The translations under genes and the position numbers were made by a program. Shown here piece by piece: positions 18,607 to 28,692 of a stretch of 64,000 nt of DNA (the first letter of the stretch is position 1; the number at the start of each line of letters is the position of its first letter). This DNA is from Bacteroidota bacterium. GTDB lineage: Bacteria > Bacteroidota > Ignavibacteria > Kryptoniales > JAKASW01. A model generated the notes under the pieces. That model worked only from the letters and a program-made list of their open reading frames with translations. It was not told the origin of the DNA and ran no database searches. The stretch lies in NCBI GenBank assembly GCA_021794075.1, contig JAJYRM010000009.1, forward strand, positions 2,523 to 66,522. Reading direction: 5' to 3'.

Positions 18607-19164
18607 TTAGTTGTTCGGGTCTTGCGGCTGAGGAGCCTGTTGCATCATTCGATTTTGCCAGGGACCCGATCCGCGCATCATTCCTGGCCGTCCCATCATC
18701 ATACCTTTTCCTTGCATTCTGCCTTTCATCATCATCCCGGCTCTTCTTTCAAAGAACATGGGATGTTCGAGTAGCTTCTGCCATACCTTCTGCTGTTCCG
18801 GGGTCAGCAACTTGTTGACTTCGAACCATGCGTCCAGCTTGTTCTGCTGAAGTTGGGCCCTGAGATCAGCCATCTTCTTTATGGAGGCGTTCAATGCTTT
18901 CTGGTCCGGAGCTGTGGCTGTTGCGAGCTCATGGTAATCCAGACGGGCGTGCTGCAAGTTCGCGCGAACGTCGATTTGTTTCTGCATCATATTGAACCAG
19001 ACATTGCGTACTTCGGTCTTCTGCTGATCCGTGAGCTTAAGAGCAGTCAGGAAGGGAGCATGGTGGTCCATCCAAGTCTGGCCCATTCGGGCGGCGGGCT
19101 GCGCGAACGCAGTTGTGCTCGCAATGACTAGGACTAGAGCCGTTGCCAACAATTTTGTTCTCAT
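18607..19164 (-). CDS. Spy/CpxP family periplasmic protein
   Basis: Signal peptide ending AFA; LTDQQ and LTPEQ (LTxxQ) motifs; Met/Gly-rich tail; SD AAGGAG. Confidence 0.85.
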   Translation of the reverse strand: MRTKLLATALVLVIASTTAFAQPAARMGQTWMDHHAPFLTALKLTDQQKTEVRNVWFNMMQKQIDVRANLQHARLDYHELATATAPDQKALNASIKKMADLRAQLQQNKLDAWFEVNKLLTPEQQKVWQKLLEHPMFFERRAGMMMKGRMQGKGMMMGRPGMMRGSGPWQNRMMQQAPQPQDPNN

Positions 19165-19199
19165 TTTTCATTTCTCCTTGTTTGTAAATCTATCTCTTT

Positions 19200-19225
19200 G
19201 ACAACGATAGAGCGGACGCGGTTTA
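19200..19225 (-). promoter_or_regulatory. Putative ECF-sigma promoter of the Spy/CpxP gene
   Basis: Minus strand tAAAC-N17-TGTC. Confidence 0.45.
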
Positions 19226-19308
19226 AATCTGGTTACTCAATAATCCGCTGGCATCAAAGGTGTAGATTTGAGTATCTTTGTCATGCGTTCATCTGCAAGT
19301 TGCCCGAA

Positions 19309-19317
19309 TGCTATAAT
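19309..19317 (+). promoter_or_regulatory. Extended -10 promoter upstream of the CAZyme cluster
   Basis: TGcTATAAT. Confidence 0.5.
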
Positions 19318-19462
19318 ATGCTTGATAATTAACGGAGACGGCGCTCATCGTCCGGCCACTAAGCTTCCTGGGAAAGTCAAGCGCAGGGCGAGCGCTAATA
19401 GTTTTTCCAAGAACGCCTTCGGAAAAGGTTTTCTGACTTGCCTATCAAATACAGGACTACAA

Positions 19463-21622
19463 ATGAAAAAAATCCAGATACTTTCGGCGCTGGTCATACT
19501 CCTCGGTATTTCCACGAGCGGTATGGCTAAAAGCGATTCCACACTAGTTCATCTGAATGATTATTCCTTCCTTTACGGCAGGCAGTATTTCGTGCTCCGG
19601 AGTGGGAGGACGCAGATGTTCATACAATGGGACAAAGTCGACCTTGGCTCGGCTTTCACTTATCTACTGTTTGATGGGGAGAACGCACAGCAGAGCGCCA
19701 GGAAAGACAGTGCGTGCAATTTTAATCCGCAGTCGGGTTTCGAAAGCAGCGCGCTCGAAGTGGAAATGGGGGGATATCCGTTCGTCGCGCTTGGACAAAA
19801 TGCGACCGCGCGTTGGGTCTACGAAGACGGCATCCCAAAGGTCGAGGCAGTCTGGTGGGCGGGAGGCATCAAGGTTACCGAGAAAATATTCGCGGTCGCA
19901 GGGATGAATACTTTTGTCAGGTCTATCACGCTTGACGGCGCTTCGATTATCGGTGGCGAAAACATAAAGATCCGCCTGGGAGTGCCGGACGGGAATATCG
20001 AGAAGTTTCCGAACGCTATACTCTATTCAGGGGAGAAGGGGAGAATCGCGATCGTTGTGCCGCAGTCTGACATGCATACCGACATAGATGGGAATTATCT
20101 TGAAATTTCAGATTCCCTGGCACCTGGACAACGCCAGACCTTCAATACTTTTGTGGTCACCCAAATCCCGACGGGTACTCCGGAAAATATGCTGTCGCGA
20201 ATGGGACGCGTGAGCACCGGCAACCAGTTCCTCGACAGGACTCGCGAGGATTGGGCGAAGACGACTACCGTGACGACGGGAGACGATGTGGTTGGTAATC
20301 TCTTCAACAATGTACGCTTCACGCTTCCCGGATACGTGTCCGAGGTTGGAATAATGGATGCGGGAGTGTTCGAGTACGGTGGTCAGTGGATAAGAGACGC
20401 TTCCAACACAACCATTGGGCTCCTCCAGATAGGACAATTCCAGCTCGCGCATAATCTCCTTTCGTATATGGCCGACAACATGATCGGCAACAACGGCGCG
20501 ACGATGATATCGAGCAGTTTCGTGAATCCGGAGGATGAGGAATTCGATCAGATGGGCGAATTCTGGGATGCCATGAAACAGTACTATTATTGGACGGGAG
20601 ACGCGTCTCTTCTGCAGAAGAACGCGAAGAAACTTATAGCGATGACGAACTTTCCTTTGCAGCAGCAGTTCCTGAATTCAACCGGAATGGTGCACGATAA
20701 GCGAGAATACTGGGAGCGGTTTCTCGGGGATGGCTATGAGCTGGCGTACCAGGTTTACGTCATCGAGGGGCTCCGTGATGCTATCGAACTTGCTCATGTT
20801 GTCGGGGCGGAAAAATACGTCCCGCGTTGGAAGGAGATTGAGACTAAGATGTTCAATACTATGATGTACAATCCCAAAATGGGACTCGTTCACGACGGCG
20901 CATTCATTAAGAGAAGGTCCATAGACGGACAGATTGTGGATACACTAAGGTACAAAGGTTATATCGTCGATTCGCCTGCGCTCACGGAGTCGATGCAGAG
21001 GCTGATGCCCGACGCGTCGATGGTGCTTCCAATTGACCTTGGACTCGTCAGCCCGAAGTCGGCGATCGCGAGGAACACGTTGAACGAACTCCAGTCGCTT
21101 TGGGATTTCAGATGGTCATTTGGCGGCTACGACCGGTATAATACAAGTTCGGAGCCGGATCAGCCGGGGCCGTGGTCGTTCGCGACGGGGTTCATATTGC
21201 GCGCGCAACAGGCTGCAGACATGTATCGGCGCAGCAGGAAGACGCTGGAGTATTTATACAACGTGCAGGGCGGCCACACCGGCGCGTATTTCGAAGAGAT
21301 ACCTCTGAATCGGCATCAGGAATTCAAGGATGGGATTCTCCCGTGGCCCTCCGCTGAAGTGGCTCTTTTCGTCGTCAGGTCCTGGTTAGGCGTTGGTTTC
21401 GCGAACGGCCGGGTTGTCATTAAGCCGAATCTTTATCCTGGCACAGGCGAGGTCAAGGCCAACCTCAGATATCACGAGAGCAGCATCAGGCTCAATATTG
21501 AAAACGCCGGTCCGGTGCGGGAAGCTATTGTTGATGGGAAGGTGATCCGTCCAACGAGGGAGGGAGCCATCATGCTCCCCGCCGATTTTACTGGAGGGAC
21601 GGTAGACATCAGGACCCATTGA
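19463..21622 (+). CDS. Exported six-hairpin (alpha/alpha)6 glycoside hydrolase, GH15-like
   Basis: Signal peptide MKKIQIL. Motifs Y-x3-WIRD, EFDQMG, YWER, GGYDRY...GPW, FEE and LPWPSA appear in GH15-like order. Start reassigned from the ORF track. Confidence 0.65.
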   Translation: MKKIQILSALVILLGISTSGMAKSDSTLVHLNDYSFLYGRQYFVLRSGRTQMFIQWDKVDLGSAFTYLLFDGENAQQSARKDSACNFNPQSGFESSALEVEMGGYPFVALGQNATARWVYEDGIPKVEAVWWAGGIKVTEKIFAVAGMNTFVRSITLDGASIIGGENIKIRLGVPDGNIEKFPNAILYSGEKGRIAIVVPQSDMHTDIDGNYLEISDSLAPGQRQTFNTFVVTQIPTGTPENMLSRMGRVSTGNQFLDRTREDWAKTTTVTTGDDVVGNLFNNVRFTLPGYVSEVGIMDAGVFEYGGQWIRDASNTTIGLLQIGQFQLAHNLLSYMADNMIGNNGATMISSSFVNPEDEEFDQMGEFWDAMKQYYYWTGDASLLQKNAKKLIAMTNFPLQQQFLNSTGMVHDKREYWERFLGDGYELAYQVYVIEGLRDAIELAHVVGAEKYVPRWKEIETKMFNTMMYNPKMGLVHDGAFIKRRSIDGQIVDTLRYKGYIVDSPALTESMQRLMPDASMVLPIDLGLVSPKSAIARNTLNELQSLWDFRWSFGGYDRYNTSSEPDQPGPWSFATGFILRAQQAADMYRRSRKTLEYLYNVQGGHTGAYFEEIPLNRHQEFKDGILPWPSAEVALFVVRSWLGVGFANGRVVIKPNLYPGTGEVKANLRYHESSIRLNIENAGPVREAIVDGKVIRPTREGAIMLPADFTGGTVDIRTH

Positions 21623-21719
21623 GGCCGATGAATTATCCATCGATCCCTTATTGTGCTTGTGGAGTCAGAAACATAATTTTAGCTATGCGGAGTTAGTATC
21701 GGAGAGAAGGAGAACTACG

Positions 21720-22814
21720 GTGACTCGGTTCCTGCTTAGTACGGTCCTAATGTTTTCGTTCGGATATACAAGTAAGCTAAAAGCTGAGACGTTTGTGCCG
21801 GCGGACAACCCTTACATTCAGTACTCTGGTAGATGGGACTTCTCGGATTCGTTAAATCCGAGGCATTCATGGCCGGGAATTTATATCACGGTGGTGTTTG
21901 ATGGAGACAGCATCGGTGTCAGAATGCAGGACACCGTCAACTATTATGACGTCTACATTGATGGCAAGCTCCACGGAATATTTCACGGGGATAAGCCTGG
22001 CGACGCCGACTATGTCCTTGCCTCTAATCTCCCTGATACAATTCACACTCTCCGTCTTAGCCAGCGGAATATTTCGTTCGGCATCTATACCTTCTCGGGC
22101 TTGATACTTCAGAACGGCGCGAGGCTTTATCCGCCGCCTTCACCTCCAGAAAGAAAGATTGAGTTCATCGGTGATTCGTATACCGCTGCCGAGGGCAACG
22201 AAGCAACTCAGAAGATTATGCCGTGGACAGCGAAGTTTCCGGTTACGGATATCGACAGCGGATTCGCTGCAATGACCGCGCGGCATTTCGATGCGCAGTA
22301 CCACATTACGGCAAGATCAGGAATCGGAGCTGTCTGTGATTGGCGGGGGCATTTCAAAACGTCAATGCTGCACTATTTCGACAGGACGCTGATGGAGGCT
22401 CCTGAACCAAAGTGGGATTTCAAAAAGTGGGTGCCGAACCTCGTGGTTATTTGTCTCGGATTGAACGATCACTCCGGGCTGGCTGCAAAGAACGGCAAAG
22501 TCTCTGCGAAGAATTCTAAAATATTCCGGAATGGTTACATGAAACTCCTGTCAATGGTTCGAGAGGCCTATCCAGATGCTCCGATACTTGTGTGGGCACC
22601 TTACCCCACCTGGGCGCGCCGGAATGAAAGGGAGATAGTCGCCAAAGAAAGGGCGGAGGGGTTCAAGAAGGTCTACTATGCCCACTTTGACAGGTTCCCC
22701 GGCGGATACGTTGCGGATGGACATCCCACTGTGGCTACGCACAGGAAGATGGCCGCCGAGCTCATAAAGGCAATTAACCGGATAGCTGTTTTTAAGGAAA
22801 GAAAACTCAATTGA
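21720..22814 (+). CDS. CE2-family SGNH/GDSL carbohydrate acetylesterase
   Basis: IQYSGRW jelly-roll N-domain, IEFIGDSYT, RSGIG, LGLND, DGHP; signal peptide after GTG. Confidence 0.85.
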   Translation: MTRFLLSTVLMFSFGYTSKLKAETFVPADNPYIQYSGRWDFSDSLNPRHSWPGIYITVVFDGDSIGVRMQDTVNYYDVYIDGKLHGIFHGDKPGDADYVLASNLPDTIHTLRLSQRNISFGIYTFSGLILQNGARLYPPPSPPERKIEFIGDSYTAAEGNEATQKIMPWTAKFPVTDIDSGFAAMTARHFDAQYHITARSGIGAVCDWRGHFKTSMLHYFDRTLMEAPEPKWDFKKWVPNLVVICLGLNDHSGLAAKNGKVSAKNSKIFRNGYMKLLSMVREAYPDAPILVWAPYPTWARRNEREIVAKERAEGFKKVYYAHFDRFPGGYVADGHPTVATHRKMAAELIKAINRIAVFKERKLN

Positions 22815-22929
22815 ACACGACGCGGATGTTTAAGATGGTGTTTATTTCGAACAGCTCGCGAGGTCTATTCTTGTAACTTTGTGAAAAGTCATAGGTTCAA
22901 AAGCACAATTCAACTTAGGGAGAAGCAAT

Positions 22930-25185
22930 ATGCCAACAGTTGATACTAGGTCGAAATGGCGCGGATTATATTTGGGATTCCAGATTTTTGCGGTCCTTCT
23001 GGTGATCCACGCGCGCGGCGCGACACAGACACTTGACAGAGTCAGGTACGATGGGAAAGACGTTTTCCTTAGCGGAATCAATGTCGCATGGGTAAGTTAT
23101 TCCGCTGATCTAGGACCGAATCCCGCAAATTTGTCCGCCTTTAGAACGATATTTCAGCAAGTGAGAAACAGCGGGGGAAACGCCCTCAGGCTTTGGCTAT
23201 ACACAACCGGCGCGAATGCCCCGACATACAACTCGCAGGGATACGTCACGGGGCCGGGGCCGGTCGCGATACAGAATCTTCGCGAGATTCTTTCCGTGGC
23301 ACATCAATACCGGGTTGGACTAATTCTCTGTCTTTGGTCGTTCGACATGCTGGGGAAGCATGAGGGACTCAATTCGACTCTACTCAGTAATAACCAGAAG
23401 ATGTTGACAGATACCGCGTATACTATGGCTTTCGTCCGTAACGCGCTCACTCCACTGGTAGATTCAGTGAAGAGCAGCCCGGCGATCATCGCCTGGGAAG
23501 TTTGCAACGAACCGAACGGCATGGTAACCGGCATGGAATATTACACGCAGGACCCAACCGTCCCGATGTCATCGGTGCAGCAGTTCACGAATTTGATTGC
23601 CGGCGGCATCCACAGGGCAGACCCCGGCGCGCTTGTCACAATAGGAGCGGGCAACTTCAGTATTATCACCGACGTCAATCCTCCCGCCGCCGCGAGGAAA
23701 TCCGACCTTAAGATGGTAAGTTCGATGCCGCCGGAGCAGTTGCAGGTGATGACTGAAAACTTCAATGTGGCGCATAGACTGAATCTGACCACACAAGAGA
23801 TGCAGAATTATCTCGAGAGGATAGCTTCGCTGCCTGACAGCAACTATTTTTCCGACAGAAATTTGATCGCGGCCGGAGGTGATTCGCTCGGGACTCTAGA
23901 CTTCTATTGCGAGCATTATTACGGCGGTGTTTCACTATCTCCTTTTACTCACAATTTTTCATATTGGCAGTTGAACAAGCCCGTCGTGGTGGCCGAGTTC
24001 TATATGCAGAGCACCGACGGAGTCCCCGCTACTTCGCTACTTCAGACACTGTATCAGAACGGTTACGCGGGGGCGCTGGTCTGGTCATGGACTGATTTTC
24101 CGAAGACCCCGAATAATCCGGCTTACGCGGCTACCGACACCTGGGCATCATTACTGCAACTGTGGAATTCGTACAAGCAGTCCATCGACGTCTTTGGCGC
24201 GGATTGGCCCGTCGTTTCAATGGTTAATCCAGTCAACAACGGTTCGTACCCGGACAGCACGCAGATGACTCTTACAGCCGCAGTCGTGGATACGGCCGAC
24301 ACAGTAAGTTATGTCAAGTTTTATGGGTCGGACTCTCTTCTGGCCACCGTGACGATCCCGTCAGATACTTCCGCCGATACATTATTCTATTCTTACGAAT
24401 GGAAAGATCTATCCTCCGGAAACTACGGTGTAACGGCTGTGGCGGTGAATAAGCAGGGGCAATCGGATTCTTCAGCGGCGGTCAGTTTCACTGTCGGCGT
24501 CCCGCCCATGACATATATTCCGGCGAGCAAAGCTGTCGCCAATAATTCCAACATTACACTCAAGAGCGACGCTACCGTGCAGGGAGGGTCGTATTATGAC
24601 ATCGCAACAAACGACTCGGCTGCGAGGGTGACATGGACTTTCAAGAACATTGGCGCCGCCGGAGTTTACCCGATATCGTTCGGCTATCAACTTCACTACG
24701 CGACGCCGAAGACACAGTTTATCAATGTGAACGGCGCAAGGGTCGACACAGTTGTATTTCAGGGGTCCACTTCAGCCTGGCAGAGTGAAACTATATCTGT
24801 CCCGCTGTTAAGTGGCACTAATACTGTGCAGGTTCAAATGTCCTGGGGATGGATGTATCTGGCGTACTTAGGCGTACCGACTGAACTGATCACTCCGGTT
24901 TTGCAGGGCCCGACCATCGCGACGAGCTACTCGCTCAGCCAGAATTATCCTAACCCATTCAATCCGACGACGAAAATAGAATTCTCGCTTCCATCAGAGC
25001 AGCGGGTCAGCCTGATCATTTACGATGTGCTCGGACAGAAGGTGCGGGTGCTGCTGAATCAAAAGATGACACCCGGGACCCATATCGTAAGCTTCAACGG
25101 CTCGAGCCTGGCCAGTGGAGTATACTTCTACCGACTTGTGGCGGGCGGCTATATGAAGACAATGAAGATGTTGTTGCTCAAATAA
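22930..25185 (+). CDS. Secreted GH5 (subfamily 10-like) endo-beta-1,4-mannanase with Ig-like, CBM35-like and T9SS C-terminal domains
   Basis: FLSGINVAWVSY, WEVCNEP (acid/base), GTLDFY-x2-HYY, VVAEF (nucleophile), W-x-W; CBM-like SWGWMYL; C-terminal QNYPNPFNP...SGVYFYRL. Confidence 0.85.
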   Translation: MPTVDTRSKWRGLYLGFQIFAVLLVIHARGATQTLDRVRYDGKDVFLSGINVAWVSYSADLGPNPANLSAFRTIFQQVRNSGGNALRLWLYTTGANAPTYNSQGYVTGPGPVAIQNLREILSVAHQYRVGLILCLWSFDMLGKHEGLNSTLLSNNQKMLTDTAYTMAFVRNALTPLVDSVKSSPAIIAWEVCNEPNGMVTGMEYYTQDPTVPMSSVQQFTNLIAGGIHRADPGALVTIGAGNFSIITDVNPPAAARKSDLKMVSSMPPEQLQVMTENFNVAHRLNLTTQEMQNYLERIASLPDSNYFSDRNLIAAGGDSLGTLDFYCEHYYGGVSLSPFTHNFSYWQLNKPVVVAEFYMQSTDGVPATSLLQTLYQNGYAGALVWSWTDFPKTPNNPAYAATDTWASLLQLWNSYKQSIDVFGADWPVVSMVNPVNNGSYPDSTQMTLTAAVVDTADTVSYVKFYGSDSLLATVTIPSDTSADTLFYSYEWKDLSSGNYGVTAVAVNKQGQSDSSAAVSFTVGVPPMTYIPASKAVANNSNITLKSDATVQGGSYYDIATNDSAARVTWTFKNIGAAGVYPISFGYQLHYATPKTQFINVNGARVDTVVFQGSTSAWQSETISVPLLSGTNTVQVQMSWGWMYLAYLGVPTELITPVLQGPTIATSYSLSQNYPNPFNPTTKIEFSLPSEQRVSLIIYDVLGQKVRVLLNQKMTPGTHIVSFNGSSLASGVYFYRLVAGGYMKTMKMLLLK

Positions 25186-25230
25186 TATCGCTGAGCAAAT
25201 TCGTCATACAAGTTTGTGCGTTAGTAGTTA

Positions 25231-25260
25231 TCATCGCCGCCTCCCATGAGGCGGCGATGA
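25231..25260. terminator. Perfect 13-bp hairpin between the GH5 and GH94 genes
   Basis: TCATCGCCGCCTC-CCAT-GAGGCGGCGATGA. Confidence 0.6.
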
Positions 25261-25293
25261 AGATGGTCGGTCAGGTGTTGGATGTGATTCGAG

Positions 25294-25413
25294 TTATGAA
25301 CCTATCTTCTTATACGATGCTTCCGGCGTGACATCCTTTCCGGTCTCTTATCCGAGAAAAAGATGATCGCCGTGTTCGAGGATGAAGCCTGTCGCCCCTG
25401 TCATGAAGACATA
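25294..25413 (-). pseudogene. Possible remnant of an extended-SDR / NAD-binding gene
   Basis: Minus strand reads [21 protein letters not shown], i.e. a Rossmann TGxxGxx motif with no start codon and an early stop. Confidence 0.35.
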
Positions 25414-25448
25414 TCAACTGTGCATTGTCAACTTATGGAGAAATGAAA

Positions 25449-27884
25449 ATGAAGTATGGCTTTTTCGACGACAAAGCAAGAGAATATGTAATCACGAACC
25501 CGCGGACACCCTTTCCGTGGATCAATTACCTGGGAAGTCAGGAATTTTTCACAATTATTTCGAACACCGCCGGTGGTTACAGCTTCTTCAGGGACGCGAG
25601 ATTGAGACGCATCACGCGTTTCAGATACAATAACGTTCCGCTTGATATGGGGGGGAAATACTTTTACATCAGGGACAGAGACACGATCTGGTCACCCGGA
25701 TGGAAGCCGGTTAAGACCGACCTCGATTCTTACGAGTGTCATCATGGTCTTGGTTATACAAGATTGGTCGGGAGGAAGAACGATCTTGAAGCGGACGCGC
25801 TCTATTTTGTACCCGTTGATTTCCGCGGCGAGGTTCAGAAGTTAAGCCTAAGAAATCACGGAAAGTTGGCAAAGACATTTAAGTTGTTTTCGTTCGTCGA
25901 ATGGAGCCTCTGGAACGCTCTTGATGATATGACAAATTTTCAGCGCAATCTTTCCACCGGGGAAGTCGAGATCGAAGGCTCCGCAATCTATCACAAAACT
26001 GAATACAAAGAGCGGAGAAATCACTACGCGTTTTATTCAGTGAACGCGCCAATCTCCGGATTCGACACTGACAGGGACTCCTTCATCGGGATCTATAACG
26101 GATTCGAAAATCCCGAGGCCGTGACGGATGGAAAGTCGAGAAATTCTGTTGCGCACGGATGGTCACCCGTCGCCTCCCATTATGTACAAGTGGAACTAAG
26201 ACCAGGCGAAGAAAAGGAATTCGTGTTTCTTCTCGGGTACGTGGAGAATGCGCAGGAGGAGAAATTCGAATCTAAAGGCGTTATCAATAAGAAGATCGCC
26301 CGCGATATGATGGACGCCGTTGCCACTTCCGAGAAAGTCGAAAGGATGTTCGCGGATCTCCGTTCGTACTGGGATAATTTGCTTTTGATATTCAGGGTGG
26401 AGAGCAGGGACGAGCGACTCGATAGGATGGTCAACATCTGGAATCAGTATCAATGCATGGTTACGTTCTGCATGTCGAGAAGCGCATCGTACTTCGAATC
26501 TGGCATAGGTCGGGGGATGGGGTTCCGGGACTCAAACCAGGATATAATCGGTTTTGTTCATCAAATTCCCGAAAAGGCGAAGGAAAGAATCCTCGATATC
26601 GCGGCGACGCAACTGGAGGATGGAGGCGCTTATCATCAGTATCAACCACTGACGAAGAAGGGTAATAACGAGATAGGTGGAAATTTCAACGACGATCCCT
26701 TATGGCTCATACTTTCGACTTCTGCATATATCAAGGAAACCGGCGACTGGAGTATCCTCGATGAGAGAGTCCCATTCGACAATGATCCTTCGACAGCCCG
26801 GCCTCTGCTCGAACACCTGGGGCGGTCGTTCTTCCATGTCGCGAATAATCTCGGCCCTCACAGCCTCCCGCTGATAGGCCGCGCGGACTGGAACGATTGC
26901 CTCAATCTCAACTGCTTTTCCAATAATCCCGACGAATCTTTCCAGACTACGGAAAACAGAAAGGGCGGCACGGCGGAGTCGGTATTCATAGGTGGAATGT
27001 TCATACTTTATGGGGGTGAGTATGTTTCGATTCTCAGGAAGCTCAATCGGGACGCTGAGGCCGATGAAGCTGAAAGGTTCATTCAAAATATGAAGAGCGC
27101 GATCGATGCGGCAGGCTGGGATGGCGAGTGGTTCGTTCGCGCGTATGATTACTTCGGGAAGAAGGTCGGGAGCAATGAGAACGAGGAGGGTCAGATCTTC
27201 ATCGAGCCTCAGGGGATGTGCGTCATGGCGGGGGTTGGTTTGAATGATGGGCGAGCAAAAAAGGCGCTTCAGTCGGTGAAGAAAAGACTCGATTGCGACT
27301 ACGGCATCGTACTCCTCAATCCAGCTTTTACAAAATACCACATCGAGTATGGTGAGATTTCCACTTACCCCGCCGGTTATAAAGAGAACGCCGGCATCTT
27401 CTGCCATAACAACCCGTGGATAATGATCGCCGAGACAATGTTGGGGAACGGTGATCAAGCATTCGAATATTACAGGAAGATAGCGCCATGTTACTTAGAA
27501 GACATCAGTGAGTTACATAAGATGGAACCTTACGTATATCCGCAGATGATCGCAGGCAAGGACGCCTTCGTCCCGGGTGAAGCAAAGAATTCTTGGCTCT
27601 CCGGGACCGCGTCATGGGTGTTCTATGCAATCTCACAGTTCATACTTGGGATCAGGCCCGGTTACGACGGTCTGATCGTCGATCCATGCATCCCAAAAGA
27701 ATGGGAAGGCTTTACTGTAACGCGCGAGTTCCGGGGGTCGGAGTACAGGATCGTCGTATCCAATCCCGACAGAGTGTCCAGGGGAGTGAAGCGACTATCG
27801 GTCGATGGAAATATATTAGCCGGTAATGTAGTGCCCTTGTTTCGTGCTGGAAGCAAACACGAAGTCGAAGTCTTAATGGGTTGA
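25449..27884 (+). CDS. GH94 glycoside phosphorylase (cellobiose phosphorylase-like)
   Basis: MKYGFFDD-x2-[59 protein letters not shown]. Start at 25443 or 25449. Confidence 0.93.
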   Translation: MKYGFFDDKAREYVITNPRTPFPWINYLGSQEFFTIISNTAGGYSFFRDARLRRITRFRYNNVPLDMGGKYFYIRDRDTIWSPGWKPVKTDLDSYECHHGLGYTRLVGRKNDLEADALYFVPVDFRGEVQKLSLRNHGKLAKTFKLFSFVEWSLWNALDDMTNFQRNLSTGEVEIEGSAIYHKTEYKERRNHYAFYSVNAPISGFDTDRDSFIGIYNGFENPEAVTDGKSRNSVAHGWSPVASHYVQVELRPGEEKEFVFLLGYVENAQEEKFESKGVINKKIARDMMDAVATSEKVERMFADLRSYWDNLLLIFRVESRDERLDRMVNIWNQYQCMVTFCMSRSASYFESGIGRGMGFRDSNQDIIGFVHQIPEKAKERILDIAATQLEDGGAYHQYQPLTKKGNNEIGGNFNDDPLWLILSTSAYIKETGDWSILDERVPFDNDPSTARPLLEHLGRSFFHVANNLGPHSLPLIGRADWNDCLNLNCFSNNPDESFQTTENRKGGTAESVFIGGMFILYGGEYVSILRKLNRDAEADEAERFIQNMKSAIDAAGWDGEWFVRAYDYFGKKVGSNENEEGQIFIEPQGMCVMAGVGLNDGRAKKALQSVKKRLDCDYGIVLLNPAFTKYHIEYGEISTYPAGYKENAGIFCHNNPWIMIAETMLGNGDQAFEYYRKIAPCYLEDISELHKMEPYVYPQMIAGKDAFVPGEAKNSWLSGTASWVFYAISQFILGIRPGYDGLIVDPCIPKEWEGFTVTREFRGSEYRIVVSNPDRVSRGVKRLSVDGNILAGNVVPLFRAGSKHEVEVLMG

Positions 27885-28144
27885 TTCTGACAGGGCGTCT
27901 GTAACGATAACGTATTCAGGGTATCAGAACCAAGGAAGCTTTCATGGGAAATGTCAATAGCGAACTTAAAGCAGGAGGACAAACGATTTCTCCGCTAGCT
28001 TTGAACCTTATGGAGCGGAGTCGCTCGCTTAGAAGTGCATGGCTTTGCAGCGTAGCCCGCAACGAATGAAGAGGGCCGCAGGATTGATATCAATTGATTT
28101 AAGAGAATTCATCCTTATCTTAATTCCAACATCAGGGAAGAGAA

Positions 28145-28687
28145 ATGAACAAGTCGATCGTTTTAGTAGATCTTGTCGTACTTGCTGTGGTGGCTTACTT
28201 CTCATGGTACATGGCGACGGATTACCAGACATTTTCGGGAAGGGCGCATATTCCTTTCGTGCTCTGGGTAGTCGATACTATCGATCTTTTCATTCACGAA
28301 GGGGGACATTTCTTCTTCGGATTCATGGGACGAATGATATATTTCATGGGAGGTTCTTTGATGCAGGTTGTCCTGCCTTCGCTGGCGATCTGGGTTTTTC
28401 TTAAGTCGGGATTCAGGTCATTGATAGGAACGCTCTACTGGCTCGGCCATAATCTCATAAACGTCTCGGTATATATTGCAGATGCGCCTTACCGTAGACT
28501 CCCGCTGATTTCGGATTCAGCTATTCACGATTGGAACTGGATCTTCAACCATATCGGCAATATGCAACTGGCGGCACCCGTTTCAACGACGGTCTTAGCC
28601 TGTGGAATAGTCGCGTGTTCCGGCGCCGTATTGACTGCAGGGTACTTCCTTGTGAGCGATGTAAGAGAAACTTTCTTTCTGGAGTGA
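28145..28687 (+). CDS. Membrane protein, M50B-like zinc metallopeptidase
   Basis: IHEGGH in a hydrophobic segment, YIADA, HDW. Confidence 0.65.
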   Translation: MNKSIVLVDLVVLAVVAYFSWYMATDYQTFSGRAHIPFVLWVVDTIDLFIHEGGHFFFGFMGRMIYFMGGSLMQVVLPSLAIWVFLKSGFRSLIGTLYWLGHNLINVSVYIADAPYRRLPLISDSAIHDWNWIFNHIGNMQLAAPVSTTVLACGIVACSGAVLTAGYFLVSDVRETFFLE

Positions 28688-28692
28688 GACTA

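Noticed and set aside
19421-19434. LacI-type operator-like GAAAAGGTTTTC
   Set aside because: Single imperfect copy, no LacI gene in the window, and no second copy noticed before the other CAZyme genes.
19268-19462. Long N-terminal extension of the GH15-like ORF in the ORF track
   Set aside because: It spans a promoter-like region; the signal peptide and SD point to ATG 19463.
26700-27458. 252-aa antisense ORF inside GH94, and similar long shadow ORFs (e.g. 2952-3662, 39391-40116, 50038-50712)
   Set aside because: Fully antisense to well-supported genes and without recognisable motifs; these are codon-bias shadows.
27951-28070. Possible frameshifted remnant of a nucleoside deaminase N-terminus (MSIANLKQEDKRFLR / LALNLMERSR)
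   Set aside because: Resemblance is limited to one helix, and no HAE or PCxxC motif follows.
28083-28094. Palindrome ATTGATATCAAT as an FNR site
   Set aside because: FNR needs TTGAT-N4-ATCAA and here the spacer is zero.
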